Shown in pieces: positions 47,722-57,524 of a stretch of 64,000 nucleotides of DNA (the first letter of the stretch is position 1; each line of letters starts with the position of its first letter). The notes under the pieces are model-generated. The model had not been told where the DNA came from, ran no database searches, and worked only from the letters and a program-made list of their open reading frames with translations. The stretch covers positions 87,924 through 151,923 of the forward strand of contig JAAZWY010000001.1 in NCBI GenBank assembly GCA_014240455.1. Direction: 5' to 3'. A program made the translations under genes and the position numbers. The DNA is from Nanobdellota archaeon (lineage in GTDB: Archaea; Nanobdellota; Nanobdellia; UBA10117; ARS21).

Positions 47722-48435
47722 TTATTCTAAGAATTCTTTTATGATTTCTGCGGCGTTGTGAGTGGTGATTCCAGTGTAATCATTGTCAGGAACCACTTCA
47801 ACTAAGTCTGCACCGATAATATTTCCTTTTTTCAGATGTCGAATTGCTTTGATTAATTGATTCGGTTTCATACCTTTTGGGACTGGATGATCTACTCCGG
47901 GAGCATAAACTGGATCAAGAACATCAATATCAATTGTTACATAATATCTCTTAGATCTCATTTTTTTAATTTCACTCGGTTTGATTACATGTACTCTTTT
48001 AGAATTTTTCAAAAACTCTACTTCTTCTTTGATTTTCTTAAATCTATATCCAATTAAGTAAATATTTCTACAGTGATGTAGTTCCGAAACTCTTCTCAAA
48101 ACTGTTGCGTGACTAAGTGAGCCTTTGTAAACATCATATGCATCTGCATGTGCATCAAACCAAAAAACATCAAAAGGTTTTATGTTCCCTTGTAAAATTG
48201 GTAAAGTAATTGAGTGGTCCCCTCCAATAAAGAAAGGTTTTAATCCAGATTTCCAAATTGCTTTGGCTTTGTTTCGAATTTTATCGTTTGCTTGTTCCTG
48301 AGTAAAATTATTCAATCTTAATCCCGGAAATTTTAAACCCAACTCTTTTCTAAGTGCAGCGACAGCTTTGTCTGCTGCCCCTGTTTCAAATTCAGAATAT
48401 AATGCAATTGGTGCACCGATTAATTGGAAAGCCAT
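47722..48435 (-). CDS. speB: Agmatinase/arginase-family ureohydrolase
   Basis: GGDHSIT, DAHADAYD, IDIDVLDP Mn-binding motifs; start at second Met to avoid overlap. Confidence 0.8.
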   Translation of the reverse strand: MAFQLIGAPIALYSEFETGAADKAVAALRKELGLKFPGLRLNNFTQEQANDKIRNKAKAIWKSGLKPFFIGGDHSITLPILQGNIKPFDVFWFDAHADAYDVYKGSLSHATVLRRVSELHHCRNIYLIGYRFKKIKEEVEFLKNSKRVHVIKPSEIKKMRSKRYYVTIDIDVLDPVYAPGVDHPVPKGMKPNQLIKAIRHLKKGNIIGADLVEVVPDNDYTGITTHNAAEIIKEFLE

Positions 48436-48440
48436 AATTA

Positions 48441-48824
48441 TTAACCTTGATATTCGCAACCTGCTGAGGCTGCTAAACTTTCAAGAGGTTTAACTCCTGT
48501 TGATTTTTGTCCATTGATCTCCCAAGTTGGATATCCACTTATGCCTGCTACTTGGCAGACTTCAGGTTGAGCGTCTTGTCCTCGTTCGTCACATTCAACA
48601 TAATCTATTGCTTTGAATGCTGGACCAAATAACTCTTTCTGAGTTGTACAAGCTCCACACCAGAATGCTCCGTACATCTTTACGTTCTTTTCAGTTAGAC
48701 ATTGTGCAAGTTCTAATTTTGTAGGATCTGCTTTGAACATTATTGTATTCATTGCAAAACCAAGCGCTATAATTATTACTATCACGATTGCTGAAGATTT
48801 GATGGTTTTCTTTTTTAATTTCAT
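48441..48824 (-). CDS. Membrane-anchored extracytoplasmic thioredoxin-like protein (VKOR-partner-like)
   Basis: N-terminal TM, WCGAC active site, YPTW motif. Confidence 0.7.
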   Translation of the reverse strand: MKLKKKTIKSSAIVIVIIIALGFAMNTIMFKADPTKLELAQCLTEKNVKMYGAFWCGACTTQKELFGPAFKAIDYVECDERGQDAQPEVCQVAGISGYPTWEINGQKSTGVKPLESLAASAGCEYQG

Positions 48825-48925
48825 AAAATGTTAACTCCATGTATAATTATATCTGCGTAGATTGCAATCCCAACTGACGCTGCAATAAGTAACACCAATC
48901 TCATCAATCTTCCTTTGTTATTCAT
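48821..48925 (-). CDS. 34-aa single-TM peptide MNNKGRLMRLVLLIAASVGIAIYADIIIHGVNIL, ATGA-coupled at both ends (aIF2-gamma stop / Trx-like start)
   Basis: Hand-translated; start ATG overlaps eif2g TGA, stop TGA overlaps downstream ATG. Confidence 0.45.
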   Translation of the reverse strand: MNNKGRLMRLVLLIAASVGIAIYADIIIHGVNIL

Positions 48926-50133
48926 TTAACGTCTCCCCAACCAATTAAGTGCCATCGACTTCCAAACTTCCGACTGATAGCGACTTTAGCTCCCGGGTTT
49001 ACTGCTATTGCACGCTTTAGGTTTATTATAGTTGTGTTTCCAATTTGATTAACCATTCCCCAAGTTGTTGCAGTTCCAACATTTAGAACCAGCGGTTCAT
49101 GCATCTTAACGGGTTCAATTGGCAAATCTTCCTTTGCACCAAGAACTTTATCAAATAAGTGAGGTTCAATTTTTAGATTATTAATAATTTCAGGAGTCTT
49201 TCCTGGAGCGCCGATAATATTCCCAACAAGTGAGTCGGTTCTGGTTTGAGCAGGATCAAGTTCGGTTTCAATTGCTACAGAACCTCCCGGTCCTTTTTCA
49301 CTAATTGATTTGTTTCCAGCTACGATGTTTTTTATTTTTGTTTTTACTGGCGTCCAAGTTGATACACCTTTATTTTCAGTTTTGAATCCAGGAGAAATTT
49401 CAATCTCTTGTCCGACTTTAAATTTTCCGCCAGTTATTGTTCCGCCCAAAATTCCGCCAGTTAGTTTTTGAATTTTTGTTCCCGGTTTGTTAATATCAAA
49501 ACTTCGTGCGACAATGAATGAAGAATCAGCTTTTTCTTTTTCTTTTGGAGTTGGCATAAATTCTTCAATTGCTTCAATTAAAATATCAAGATTTGCTCCC
49601 TTTTGAGCAGACATTGGAATAATTGGAACTTCAAATCCAAGAGTGTCGGTTACAAATTTCTCAACTTGTTTGTAATGTTTCTTTGCATCAGCTTGTTTTA
49701 CTAAGTCAACTTTGTTTTGAACCACAATTATGTTTTTGATTCCAAGAATTTTTAGAACAGTTAAGTGTTCACGAGTTTGAGGTTGTGGACATTCTTCGTT
49801 TGCTGCAACCATTAAAATTGCACCATCCATAATTGCCGCTCCAGAAATCATTACAGCCATTAATGTTTCGTGACCTGGTGCATCAACAAGTGAAATTTTT
49901 CGAATAAGCTCAGTTTCTTTCCCATCAACTTTTGATTCATTTGTAAAATTACCTTTCTTGTCTTTTCTGATTTCAATATCAGCATAACCAAGTTTGATTG
50001 TAATTCCTCGCTTTAATTCCTCAGAGTGAGTGTCTGTCCACTTTCCAGATAGTGCTGAAGTAAGAGTGGTTTTACCATGATCTACATGACCAATTAAACC
50101 AATGTTCATGACTGGAAGTGCGTCGTTTTTCAT
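48922..50133 (-). CDS. eif2g: Translation initiation factor 2 subunit gamma
   Basis: GHVDHGKTTL G-domain, zinc-knuckle, about 400 aa. Confidence 0.9.
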   Translation of the reverse strand: MKNDALPVMNIGLIGHVDHGKTTLTSALSGKWTDTHSEELKRGITIKLGYADIEIRKDKKGNFTNESKVDGKETELIRKISLVDAPGHETLMAVMISGAAIMDGAILMVAANEECPQPQTREHLTVLKILGIKNIIVVQNKVDLVKQADAKKHYKQVEKFVTDTLGFEVPIIPMSAQKGANLDILIEAIEEFMPTPKEKEKADSSFIVARSFDINKPGTKIQKLTGGILGGTITGGKFKVGQEIEISPGFKTENKGVSTWTPVKTKIKNIVAGNKSISEKGPGGSVAIETELDPAQTRTDSLVGNIIGAPGKTPEIINNLKIEPHLFDKVLGAKEDLPIEPVKMHEPLVLNVGTATTWGMVNQIGNTTIINLKRAIAVNPGAKVAISRKFGSRWHLIGWGDVK

Positions 50134-50144
50134 AACTTAGCTTA

Positions 50145-50564
50145 TTGGTTGCGTTTAAAAGTTTTAAGATTGGAGATTATTGTATGATTGTTGAAGGAAA
50201 GCCGGAACTTGAAAAATTGCTAAAACAATATGATTCTGGAGAAAGAGAAATTTCAGCTAAAGATTATACTGGCTCTGAAGCAGAAGTTGGAATTTATTCT
50301 TATTTGAATTTGTTTACTGTTGCCTCAGATGGTGAAACTTATTTAGCAGCAAATACAAAACTGCAGAGAAATCTTTCTTTAGAGGTTTCATTAGGTAAAA
50401 GTTTGAATTTTACTTGGAGTCTTAAAAAAATACTAAACCTGACGGCGAATTATTCTAAGCGAGTTAGAGAACTTACTGAACTTGGAAGAGATTTGTTATT
50501 GACTTGGAGAAAACATAATAATTTAGATTTACAAAAAGGAACTAACTTAGAAGATATTAATTAA
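50145..50564 (+). CDS. Hypothetical protein
   Basis: ORF only. Confidence 0.4.
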   Translation: MVAFKSFKIGDYCMIVEGKPELEKLLKQYDSGEREISAKDYTGSEAEVGIYSYLNLFTVASDGETYLAANTKLQRNLSLEVSLGKSLNFTWSLKKILNLTANYSKRVRELTELGRDLLLTWRKHNNLDLQKGTNLEDIN

Positions 50565-50734
50565 GCTGCTACTCTCTTTTCCTTACTCTTTGGTCGGAAG
50601 TTTCTAGATTGACATTTTGGACAAACAATTGTTTTTGCTTTGATTCTCGAAGCAGATGCTCGAACTTTGTTCTTACACTTTCTACATACAAATCTTCTGT
50701 TGAATAATCTTACTGCTGCTTCCGGTATTTTCAT
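50561..50734 (-). CDS. rpl40e: 50S ribosomal protein L40e (57 aa; not in ORF track)
   Basis: Hand-translated MKIPEAAVRLFNRRFVCRKCKNKVRASASRIKAKTIVCPKCQSRNFRPKSKEKRVAA; L40e C4 zinc ribbon and RLFN motif. Confidence 0.8.
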   Translation of the reverse strand: MKIPEAAVRLFNRRFVCRKCKNKVRASASRIKAKTIVCPKCQSRNFRPKSKEKRVAA

Positions 50735-50735
50735 T

Positions 50736-51134
50736 TTATGTCTTTACTATTTCTTTCATGATTTTCTTTCCCATGATTTGCCAGTACAGAATAATTTTTC
50801 CTGCTTCGACTTGTGCTTGAAGTTCTTCTGGAATTTCAAGATCAAATGTTTCATAGCTTTCCATGTCCATGATTTGCGCTGAGGTTCCTGAAACTGAAAG
50901 AACATTTGCTTTTTGTTTTCTCAAGTTCGGAACTTCTATGTGAGCATGAGCAGTCATAACGATAACTGTTTTATTTCCAGTAAACATGTTTTTTGCTTCA
51001 ACCCGATATTTTGCGTGACCGTGCTTACCTGGTGCTGATTTTTGCATGTTTGAAATAATATGAGGTTCTCCATTAACAACAATGTAACGACCTTCTTTCA
51101 ATTTGCCGATTTCGGCCATAGTAACGTCTGACAT
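50736..51134 (-). CDS. eif5a: Translation initiation factor 5A (hypusine site GKHGHAK)
   Basis: SAPGKHGHAKYRVEAK and C-terminal OB domain. Confidence 0.9.
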   Translation of the reverse strand: MSDVTMAEIGKLKEGRYIVVNGEPHIISNMQKSAPGKHGHAKYRVEAKNMFTGNKTVIVMTAHAHIEVPNLRKQKANVLSVSGTSAQIMDMESYETFDLEIPEELQAQVEAGKIILYWQIMGKKIMKEIVKT

Positions 51135-51164
51135 AAAATTTGATAGATGGAGAGATTTAAAAAG

Positions 51165-51365
51165 TTATCTTAATGCTTTTTCAATATCTTCTGCCTGAAC
51201 CGTTGAACGTCCCTTATATTTTGCGAATTTTATTGCATCATTTGTAAGTTCAATAGCTTTGCTTTCTAAGATTTCGCGCAGCTTTTTCTTTGCCGAATCT
51301 GAAACTCTTTGAGCTCCTGATTCTTTCATCAACTTAGACATTGCGGCCAGAGATAATTTTGGCAT
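51165..51365 (-). CDS. Archaeal histone (HMf-like histone fold)
   Basis: GAQRVSDSA...L...LE.....L...A...A.YKGRSTVQAEDIE.A 66 aa. Confidence 0.8.
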   Translation of the reverse strand: MPKLSLAAMSKLMKESGAQRVSDSAKKKLREILESKAIELTNDAIKFAKYKGRSTVQAEDIEKALR

Positions 51366-51389
51366 AAAAAATCTACTCGTTCAAAGTTT

Positions 51390-52487
51390 TTATAGTTGTA
51401 GTTTGTATCGCAGAATTGCTCCAATTCCACCAAGACCGTCAAGAGTTTTACCATCTCGACCCTCTTTGTCAAGAATAATCCAATCTCCGCTTTGATTTTC
51501 AACTATCTTTGCAAGTTCTTCTATTTTATTTTCATCAATTGAACTTGTAACAAGCATTAAATCTACTGCTCCAGCATCTAAGGCCTTTCTAACTTTTTCT
51601 TCACCATATGTTGCCATGTCGCTAGTTTTTCCTAGAACTCTGAAGAATCTTTCTCCTGCTTTCTTTTCTTTTACGATTGCTTGATTTGCTAGAATGTCTT
51701 GAGATTTTTCAACTAGTTCGTGTAGCCCTTGATCACCAACATAACCAATATCTACAACAGAAATAACTTTGTCTTTTATATCCTGATTCAGAAAGTTTTC
51801 ATTATAGAATTCTTCTTTTGAAGGTCCTGGACCTCCAATTAAAATTCCTTTCAGAGGAGTAACTTGAGGATTAAATTCACTATTTACTGTGTCTGCAACT
51901 TTTTGGTAGAACGCTCTTGCTAGATTTTCTCTAACTCTTGCGAATCTTGCTGCAGATTGTCCACCTGCTTTATATTTTCCTGGAACTGCTGAAGAGAAAG
52001 TATGAATTGTGTTTATGCTTTTGCCTTTCAGAATTGCAACGTTTGCTTCTCTTCGGTCTAAAAGAACAATTCCATATGCTTCTTTATGTTTAAGCATATC
52101 TTCCAGAGGATCTAAATAGAATCCTTGTCCACATTTGTAAACTCGAACTGAAATATCATTATCTGGTTCAATTGACCAGAATTGAATGTCTTGAACTCCT
52201 TCTCTTGTTGAAACATTTCCTGAGAATGCAGCTAAACCATGAGGCGGAGTTTTCTTTAAATTCCTTAATTCTCGAGACATTTTTTCTAAAGCAGCAGTTA
52301 CGTTTTTTCTAGTTGCAGAAGATTTAATATTTCGTGCAGTCGATGCTTCAGAATCAATTTGATCAATAACTTTTTGGATGTTGAAACCTGCAGGTATGTA
52401 AACCGATACTAATTCTGTGTGTCTTGCTCGCTTTTCTGACAACTCTTTGAGTTGTTTTTGTAAAGCAAACCGTTTTTTGTCATCCAT
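51390..52487 (-). CDS. prf1: Peptide chain release factor aRF1
   Basis: NIKS motif (TARNIKSS) and GGQ motif (KAGGQSAARF). Confidence 0.9.
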   Translation of the reverse strand: MDDKKRFALQKQLKELSEKRARHTELVSVYIPAGFNIQKVIDQIDSEASTARNIKSSATRKNVTAALEKMSRELRNLKKTPPHGLAAFSGNVSTREGVQDIQFWSIEPDNDISVRVYKCGQGFYLDPLEDMLKHKEAYGIVLLDRREANVAILKGKSINTIHTFSSAVPGKYKAGGQSAARFARVRENLARAFYQKVADTVNSEFNPQVTPLKGILIGGPGPSKEEFYNENFLNQDIKDKVISVVDIGYVGDQGLHELVEKSQDILANQAIVKEKKAGERFFRVLGKTSDMATYGEEKVRKALDAGAVDLMLVTSSIDENKIEELAKIVENQSGDWIILDKEGRDGKTLDGLGGIGAILRYKLQL

Positions 52488-52551
52488 GATAAGACTTGGA
52501 GAGTACGAATAAAAGAGTTACTATTAAATAGAATCTCTGAGTTTTGAATTT

Positions 52552-53136
52552 ATGGCTGAACCGCATGCAAAGTTCGAAATTATAATCGATAAGCTGGTTC
52601 CTTATTCAATAGGATTTATTTTAGTTCATTTTATCGGAGCATTTCTGTTTCCAGACTTTTTTCATACTTATGAAGACATAGTTATATTTTTGGAAGTATT
52701 TTTGGTAACCTTTGTTTTGGGATTTGATGTTTGGTTTAAATATCGTAGAGCAAGAAACAAACAATATTTTCTTAGACATCACTGGTTAGATATAATTGCA
52801 GTATTTCCATTTATGATTTTATTTAGAATCTTTGAAGAAGCATATTTGATTACTCGATTGGCACCAGTAGAAATTGGAATTACAGATACTCAGAAAGTTT
52901 TACATGAAATTCGTGGAGCTGATGAAGCGGTGAGATTGGTTCGAGAGGCAGAAGTAGTTGGAAGAACTTCTAGAGTTGGAATGTTTGGAAAAATGTTTAG
53001 ACCTATTGCTCGAATTCCTAGAGTCTTGAAAGGTATGGCGTTCTTTGAGCATCCATTAACTCGGAAGAATAGAGGACATCATAGTATTCACTACACATTT
53101 TACAGTAAGCATGCTAGATCTGCTTTGAAAACTTAA
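52552..53136 (+). CDS. Hypothetical membrane protein (ion-channel-fragment-like HHWLDIIAVFPF)
   Basis: 3 TM N-terminal, soluble C-terminus. Confidence 0.4.
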   Translation: MAEPHAKFEIIIDKLVPYSIGFILVHFIGAFLFPDFFHTYEDIVIFLEVFLVTFVLGFDVWFKYRRARNKQYFLRHHWLDIIAVFPFMILFRIFEEAYLITRLAPVEIGITDTQKVLHEIRGADEAVRLVREAEVVGRTSRVGMFGKMFRPIARIPRVLKGMAFFEHPLTRKNRGHHSIHYTFYSKHARSALKT

Positions 53137-55505
53137 TTACTTATTTTTAGTTTTCCGCCACGTTTTAGAAGTATTTCATTTACTCGCGTTGTTCTGCAGA
53201 TGACATCCGAAGCCTGTTTTATTTTTAATGTTTGAGGATGTTCGATTTTAATTTGTTCCACAACGTCCCCAAGCCTGATTTTATTGGATTGTTTCCATTG
53301 TCTAATTTCTGAAATCATATTTTTTGCAAAGTCTCCAAGTGCTTCTGATTTTGCGTCTTTGATTCCGAGAGACTCATATTCAGTTAAGTGAATGCTATTT
53401 GTTTTCTTTTCTTTCTTGTAAAGATTTTGATAAAGCTCTTCAGTTAGATGTACAAAAATTGGTGCGAACATTTGAAGAATTCCATATAATGCTCTGTGTG
53501 TTGTCCATTGAGCAGCGTATTTTGTTTGTTTATCATCTCCATACATTCTACTTTTTATCATTTCCAAATAGAAATCACAGAAATCTCTTAGGAAGAAATC
53601 TTCAAGCTCTTGTCGTGCTTGTTTAATTTGATAGTTGTTGAAATATTCTAAATATTTTTCTTGAGTTCTTGCAAGTTTTGCTAAAATCCATTTGTCTTCA
53701 AGTTCAAGATTTTTTGGTTTTCTTGTTGGAGTTTTGTCAAAATTCATGAATGTAAATCTTGCAGTGTTCCAAAGTTTGTTCATTAGTTTTGTTCCGCGAA
53801 CTAATTCTTTTTCTTGATAAGGAGAATTTTCTCCATAGAGTGTTGTAGTAATGTAATATCTGAAAGCATCTGCGTTATATTTCTCAACTTGTGCTAACGG
53901 ATCAATTCCGTTTCCTTTTGATTTAGACATTTTTCTTCCATGTGGATCAAGAACCATACCGTTGATTACTATATCTTTCCACGGGACATTGTCGTGATGA
54001 GTCAAGGATTTCAATAAAGTGTAGAAGGTCCAAGTTCTGATAATGTCATAACCTTGTGGTCGCAAACTCATTGGTGTGTTTTTGTTGAAGGTTTTTTCAT
54101 TCTCTGCCCAACCCATAGTTATTTCAGGAGTTAGTGAAGAAGTCATCCACGTGTCAAAAACATCTTTTTCTCCGACTAATTTTTTACCTTTGTATTTTTT
54201 TGGTTTATCGCGAGTTGGATCTACTGGAAGTTCATTTTCTTCAGGTAGAATTATATTTCCTTGTTCATCATACCAAACCGGAATAGGAATTCCGATGTGT
54301 CTTTGTCTTGAAAGCACCCAATCCCATTGAAGATTTTCTGTCCAATTTCTTAGATTATTGTAGTAATGTTTTGGAGTCCAATTAACTTCTCTTGCTTTTT
54401 TCAGAAGTTTAGCTTTTAGATCTGTAACTTTGAATTGCCATTGTTCAAGGATTAAATATTCAGGTTTGTCACCATAGCGATCAGTAACTTGAACTGTTTG
54501 CTTTATTTTATCTCGCCGTTTTAGTAAACCAGATTTATCAAGTTGGCTTAGAATTGTATTTCGTGCCTCTGCAAGTGTTAGTCCTGCATATTTTCCTGCT
54601 TCTTCATTCAAACGTCCGTCTCTTCCGATGATAACTTTTAGTGGTAATTTGTATTTTTTCCACCATTCGACATCTGTTTTGTCTCCAAAAGTACAAACCA
54701 TTAATGCACCTGTTCCGAAATCAATTTTTACATCTTTGTCAGCCAGAATTGGAACTTGTTCTCCAGTTAATGGAACTGTTGCATGTTTTCCAACGAATTT
54801 TCCATATCGCGGATGTTTTGGATGAACAAAAACTGCAACACATGCTGGAATTAATTCTGGACGAGTTGTTGCGATCTGTAAGTTTGAATTCCCGACTTTA
54901 AAATTTATATAATTCAAGAAAGTTGTTTGTTCTTCCTCTTCTAAGTCTGCTTGGGAAATTCCAGTTCTTCCTGCAATTGAATACAATCCAGGTTCACTTG
55001 AACGGTAAACTCTTCCCTTTCTATGTAAATCTAAGAAAGATTTTTGCGCAACTCGTGCTGCCTTTGGTGAAATTGTTGAGTAGAATAAATCCCAATCGTA
55101 AGAGTGTCCAAATCTATCAAAAGTCTCTCTTGCAGATTTTTCAAGTTCTTTAGTTTCCTTTAATGCGATTTTTATGAATTTCTGCCGAGACATTTTTGTT
55201 GATTTTATTCCTAGTTTCTTTTCAACATATCTTTCAGTAGGTAGACCATTGTCATCAAAACCAATTGGAAAAAAAACATTATGTCCAGTCATTCTTTTGA
55301 AACGTGCAATTGTTTCAAACATTGTATAAGATGCTCCGTGTCCCATATGTAATCTTCCAGAAATGTAGGGTGGAGGAGTATCGATTGAGAAAACGGGTTT
55401 TCTAGAGTTTGGATTAAATTTGTAAATCTTTTTTGTTCTCCAAAACCGTTGCCATTTTGATTCAATTTTCTTATAATCTGGACGTTTGTCTAATGTTTTG
55501 GACAT
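53133..55505 (-). CDS. valS: Class I aminoacyl-tRNA synthetase, best match valine--tRNA ligase
   Basis: TPPPYISGRLHMGH (HIGH), IATTRPELIPACVAVFVHPKHPRYGKFVGK, FGTGALMV, KMSKSKGNGIDP, DKWILAKL...FCDFYLE; 790 aa. Confidence 0.7.
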   Translation of the reverse strand: MSKTLDKRPDYKKIESKWQRFWRTKKIYKFNPNSRKPVFSIDTPPPYISGRLHMGHGASYTMFETIARFKRMTGHNVFFPIGFDDNGLPTERYVEKKLGIKSTKMSRQKFIKIALKETKELEKSARETFDRFGHSYDWDLFYSTISPKAARVAQKSFLDLHRKGRVYRSSEPGLYSIAGRTGISQADLEEEEQTTFLNYINFKVGNSNLQIATTRPELIPACVAVFVHPKHPRYGKFVGKHATVPLTGEQVPILADKDVKIDFGTGALMVCTFGDKTDVEWWKKYKLPLKVIIGRDGRLNEEAGKYAGLTLAEARNTILSQLDKSGLLKRRDKIKQTVQVTDRYGDKPEYLILEQWQFKVTDLKAKLLKKAREVNWTPKHYYNNLRNWTENLQWDWVLSRQRHIGIPIPVWYDEQGNIILPEENELPVDPTRDKPKKYKGKKLVGEKDVFDTWMTSSLTPEITMGWAENEKTFNKNTPMSLRPQGYDIIRTWTFYTLLKSLTHHDNVPWKDIVINGMVLDPHGRKMSKSKGNGIDPLAQVEKYNADAFRYYITTTLYGENSPYQEKELVRGTKLMNKLWNTARFTFMNFDKTPTRKPKNLELEDKWILAKLARTQEKYLEYFNNYQIKQARQELEDFFLRDFCDFYLEMIKSRMYGDDKQTKYAAQWTTHRALYGILQMFAPIFVHLTEELYQNLYKKEKKTNSIHLTEYESLGIKDAKSEALGDFAKNMISEIRQWKQSNKIRLGDVVEQIKIEHPQTLKIKQASDVICRTTRVNEILLKRGGKLKISN

Positions 55506-55536
55506 GGTTTAACTTGTTAAGAGAGAATTATAAACC

Positions 55537-57444
55537 TTACTTATATTTCCAACCAGCAATGTGGATTGTATCCCATAGAATTCCTTTCGATCTCCAAACT
55601 TTTACTTTGAACCCTGCTTGTTCGAAAGTTTGACTTATTTTATCATCTTCACTCATCCATTCCGGAGCCCTGAATATTTTAAACACTCGATCATAATCTA
55701 TGAAATAAACTCTCCCTCGTTGTGCCATTCTCAGATTTAATGCATGAAGTACTTTTTCAGGTTCCGATAAATAACCAAGTAAACCTACTGAAGTTGCGCC
55801 ATGTAAAGTATGAACATTTTTGTGAAGTTCGTGTCTTGATCCAGAACTTTCAAGAATAAATTCAACATTTTGCAGTCCATGTTTCTGAGCAAGCTTTGTT
55901 GCATTGTGTAAATTGTTTGTTGAAACGTCAGTTGCAATAACTTGACCTTCTGCTCCAACTAGCTGAGCTAAATCTTTTGCTAGTTCTCCTGAACTGGCAC
56001 CCATGTTTAGGATTCTTCGTCGTTCAAATCCTTCAAAGTGTTTTAGAATATAGTTGTGAGTTTTTGGTTTTACAAATAATTTGTATGAAAACTTTTGTAA
56101 TGATGATGAAGTGTCCAATAATTTTTGAACGATTAATGGTTTACTTTCAACAGTACGCATTAAATAAAGAGGTACTCCGAGTGCTACAAACATTGCTCCA
56201 GTTGCAGTAGTAATCGGTTCGATTCCACCAAGTAAGAACATTAGAACTAACCCAAGCGTGACTGGCATAACTTTTCCAAATGGAACTTTGAAGGTTCTTT
56301 CAGTATCGGGTTGAGTAAATCTGAGTATAGTTACACTTACTACGACCATTGAGTACATGAAAATTGCGAGCGGTAGTACTAATTCCAATAGAAGTGCATA
56401 TGACCCAGAGATTATTATCAATCCTGATAGCACTGCCTGAACGAGGATTGCTATGTAAGGTGTTTGATATTTTGGGTGAATTTTTTGAAGTGCTTTTGGA
56501 AGAAGTCCATCTCTTGCTAAAGCGAAAATTAATCTTGGAGTTGTAATAATCCATGCTGCAGCCCCACCGAAGATATTTAGGAAGATTAGAAGAGTCATTA
56601 TTTTTCCTCCGGTTGTTCCCATGATTGCGTTTGCTACTTCAGTAAGCGGAGCGTTCGATCCTGCTAGAATTTCCCAGTTGACTGCACCTAACGAAATAGA
56701 TACAACTCCAATGGCCAATAGTGTTACGCATAAGGTTCCCCACATCATAACTTTCGGAATTACATTTTTTGCATCCTTTGTTTCTTCTGCAAGGTTTGCT
56801 ACAGTTTCCCATCCGAAGAAGGTTTCCAGAATATATACCATTGCGATTACTAGCGAAATTATTAATCCCTTTTCTCCAATGTGTGGCATCATATTTATGA
56901 TTTGAATATTTCCGAAGTCAAAATAATATACTCCCCAACTAATCAAAGTCCAAAGAGACAGGATGGTAACAATGGAAAAGATTAGCAGAACCTTTACAGA
57001 TAAATCTACTCCGCGGAATGAAACCACATTTATTAATGTTACAATTCCGAGAGCAACTACTATTTTGAAAAGTTGAGACATATCAAAGAAAATGGTTAGG
57101 TATTCTAAACAACCAATTGACAGCATTGCAATTGTTACGTTTGCAACCATCCATGAAGTCCAACCCACTAAGAATCCGCCAAATTCTCCAAAAGCTTGTT
57201 TAGTATATTCATATACTCCTCCGGATTTTGGGAACATTCCAACTAGTTCTGCGAAACATGCTGCTACAAGCATTGCAAGAATTGCTACTCCTACCCAAGC
57301 GATTAAGGATGCTGGACCGGCGATTGCTGCTGCGATTCCCGGAACGAAGAATATTCCTGTTCCAATAATTGCGTTTATTGCCAATAGAATCAATACGCTG
57401 AACGAAATGCTTTTCTTTAGCTCAGGAGTATTTGATTCTGCCAC
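55537..57444 (-). CDS. Fusion: APC-family amino acid permease (N-terminal about 440 aa) + class I SAM-dependent methyltransferase domain (C-terminal about 190 aa)
   Basis: 12 TM then ILNMGASSGELAKDL...VIATDVS...NVEFILESSG (motifs I/II/post-I) in cytoplasmic C-terminus. Confidence 0.65.
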   Translation of the reverse strand: MAESNTPELKKSISFSVLILLAINAIIGTGIFFVPGIAAAIAGPASLIAWVGVAILAMLVAACFAELVGMFPKSGGVYEYTKQAFGEFGGFLVGWTSWMVANVTIAMLSIGCLEYLTIFFDMSQLFKIVVALGIVTLINVVSFRGVDLSVKVLLIFSIVTILSLWTLISWGVYYFDFGNIQIINMMPHIGEKGLIISLVIAMVYILETFFGWETVANLAEETKDAKNVIPKVMMWGTLCVTLLAIGVVSISLGAVNWEILAGSNAPLTEVANAIMGTTGGKIMTLLIFLNIFGGAAAWIITTPRLIFALARDGLLPKALQKIHPKYQTPYIAILVQAVLSGLIIISGSYALLLELVLPLAIFMYSMVVVSVTILRFTQPDTERTFKVPFGKVMPVTLGLVLMFLLGGIEPITTATGAMFVALGVPLYLMRTVESKPLIVQKLLDTSSSLQKFSYKLFVKPKTHNYILKHFEGFERRRILNMGASSGELAKDLAQLVGAEGQVIATDVSTNNLHNATKLAQKHGLQNVEFILESSGSRHELHKNVHTLHGATSVGLLGYLSEPEKVLHALNLRMAQRGRVYFIDYDRVFKIFRAPEWMSEDDKISQTFEQAGFKVKVWRSKGILWDTIHIAGWKYK

Positions 57445-57524
57445 ATTAGTTTTATGTTATTATAGATTAAAATTGTTGGCTACTACTCTTCAGTGACTTG
57501 ACTCGGAACTATTAAAAATTTGTA

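Noticed and set aside
54076-55153. Multiple small + strand ORFs
   Set aside because: Antisense within the ValRS-like gene.
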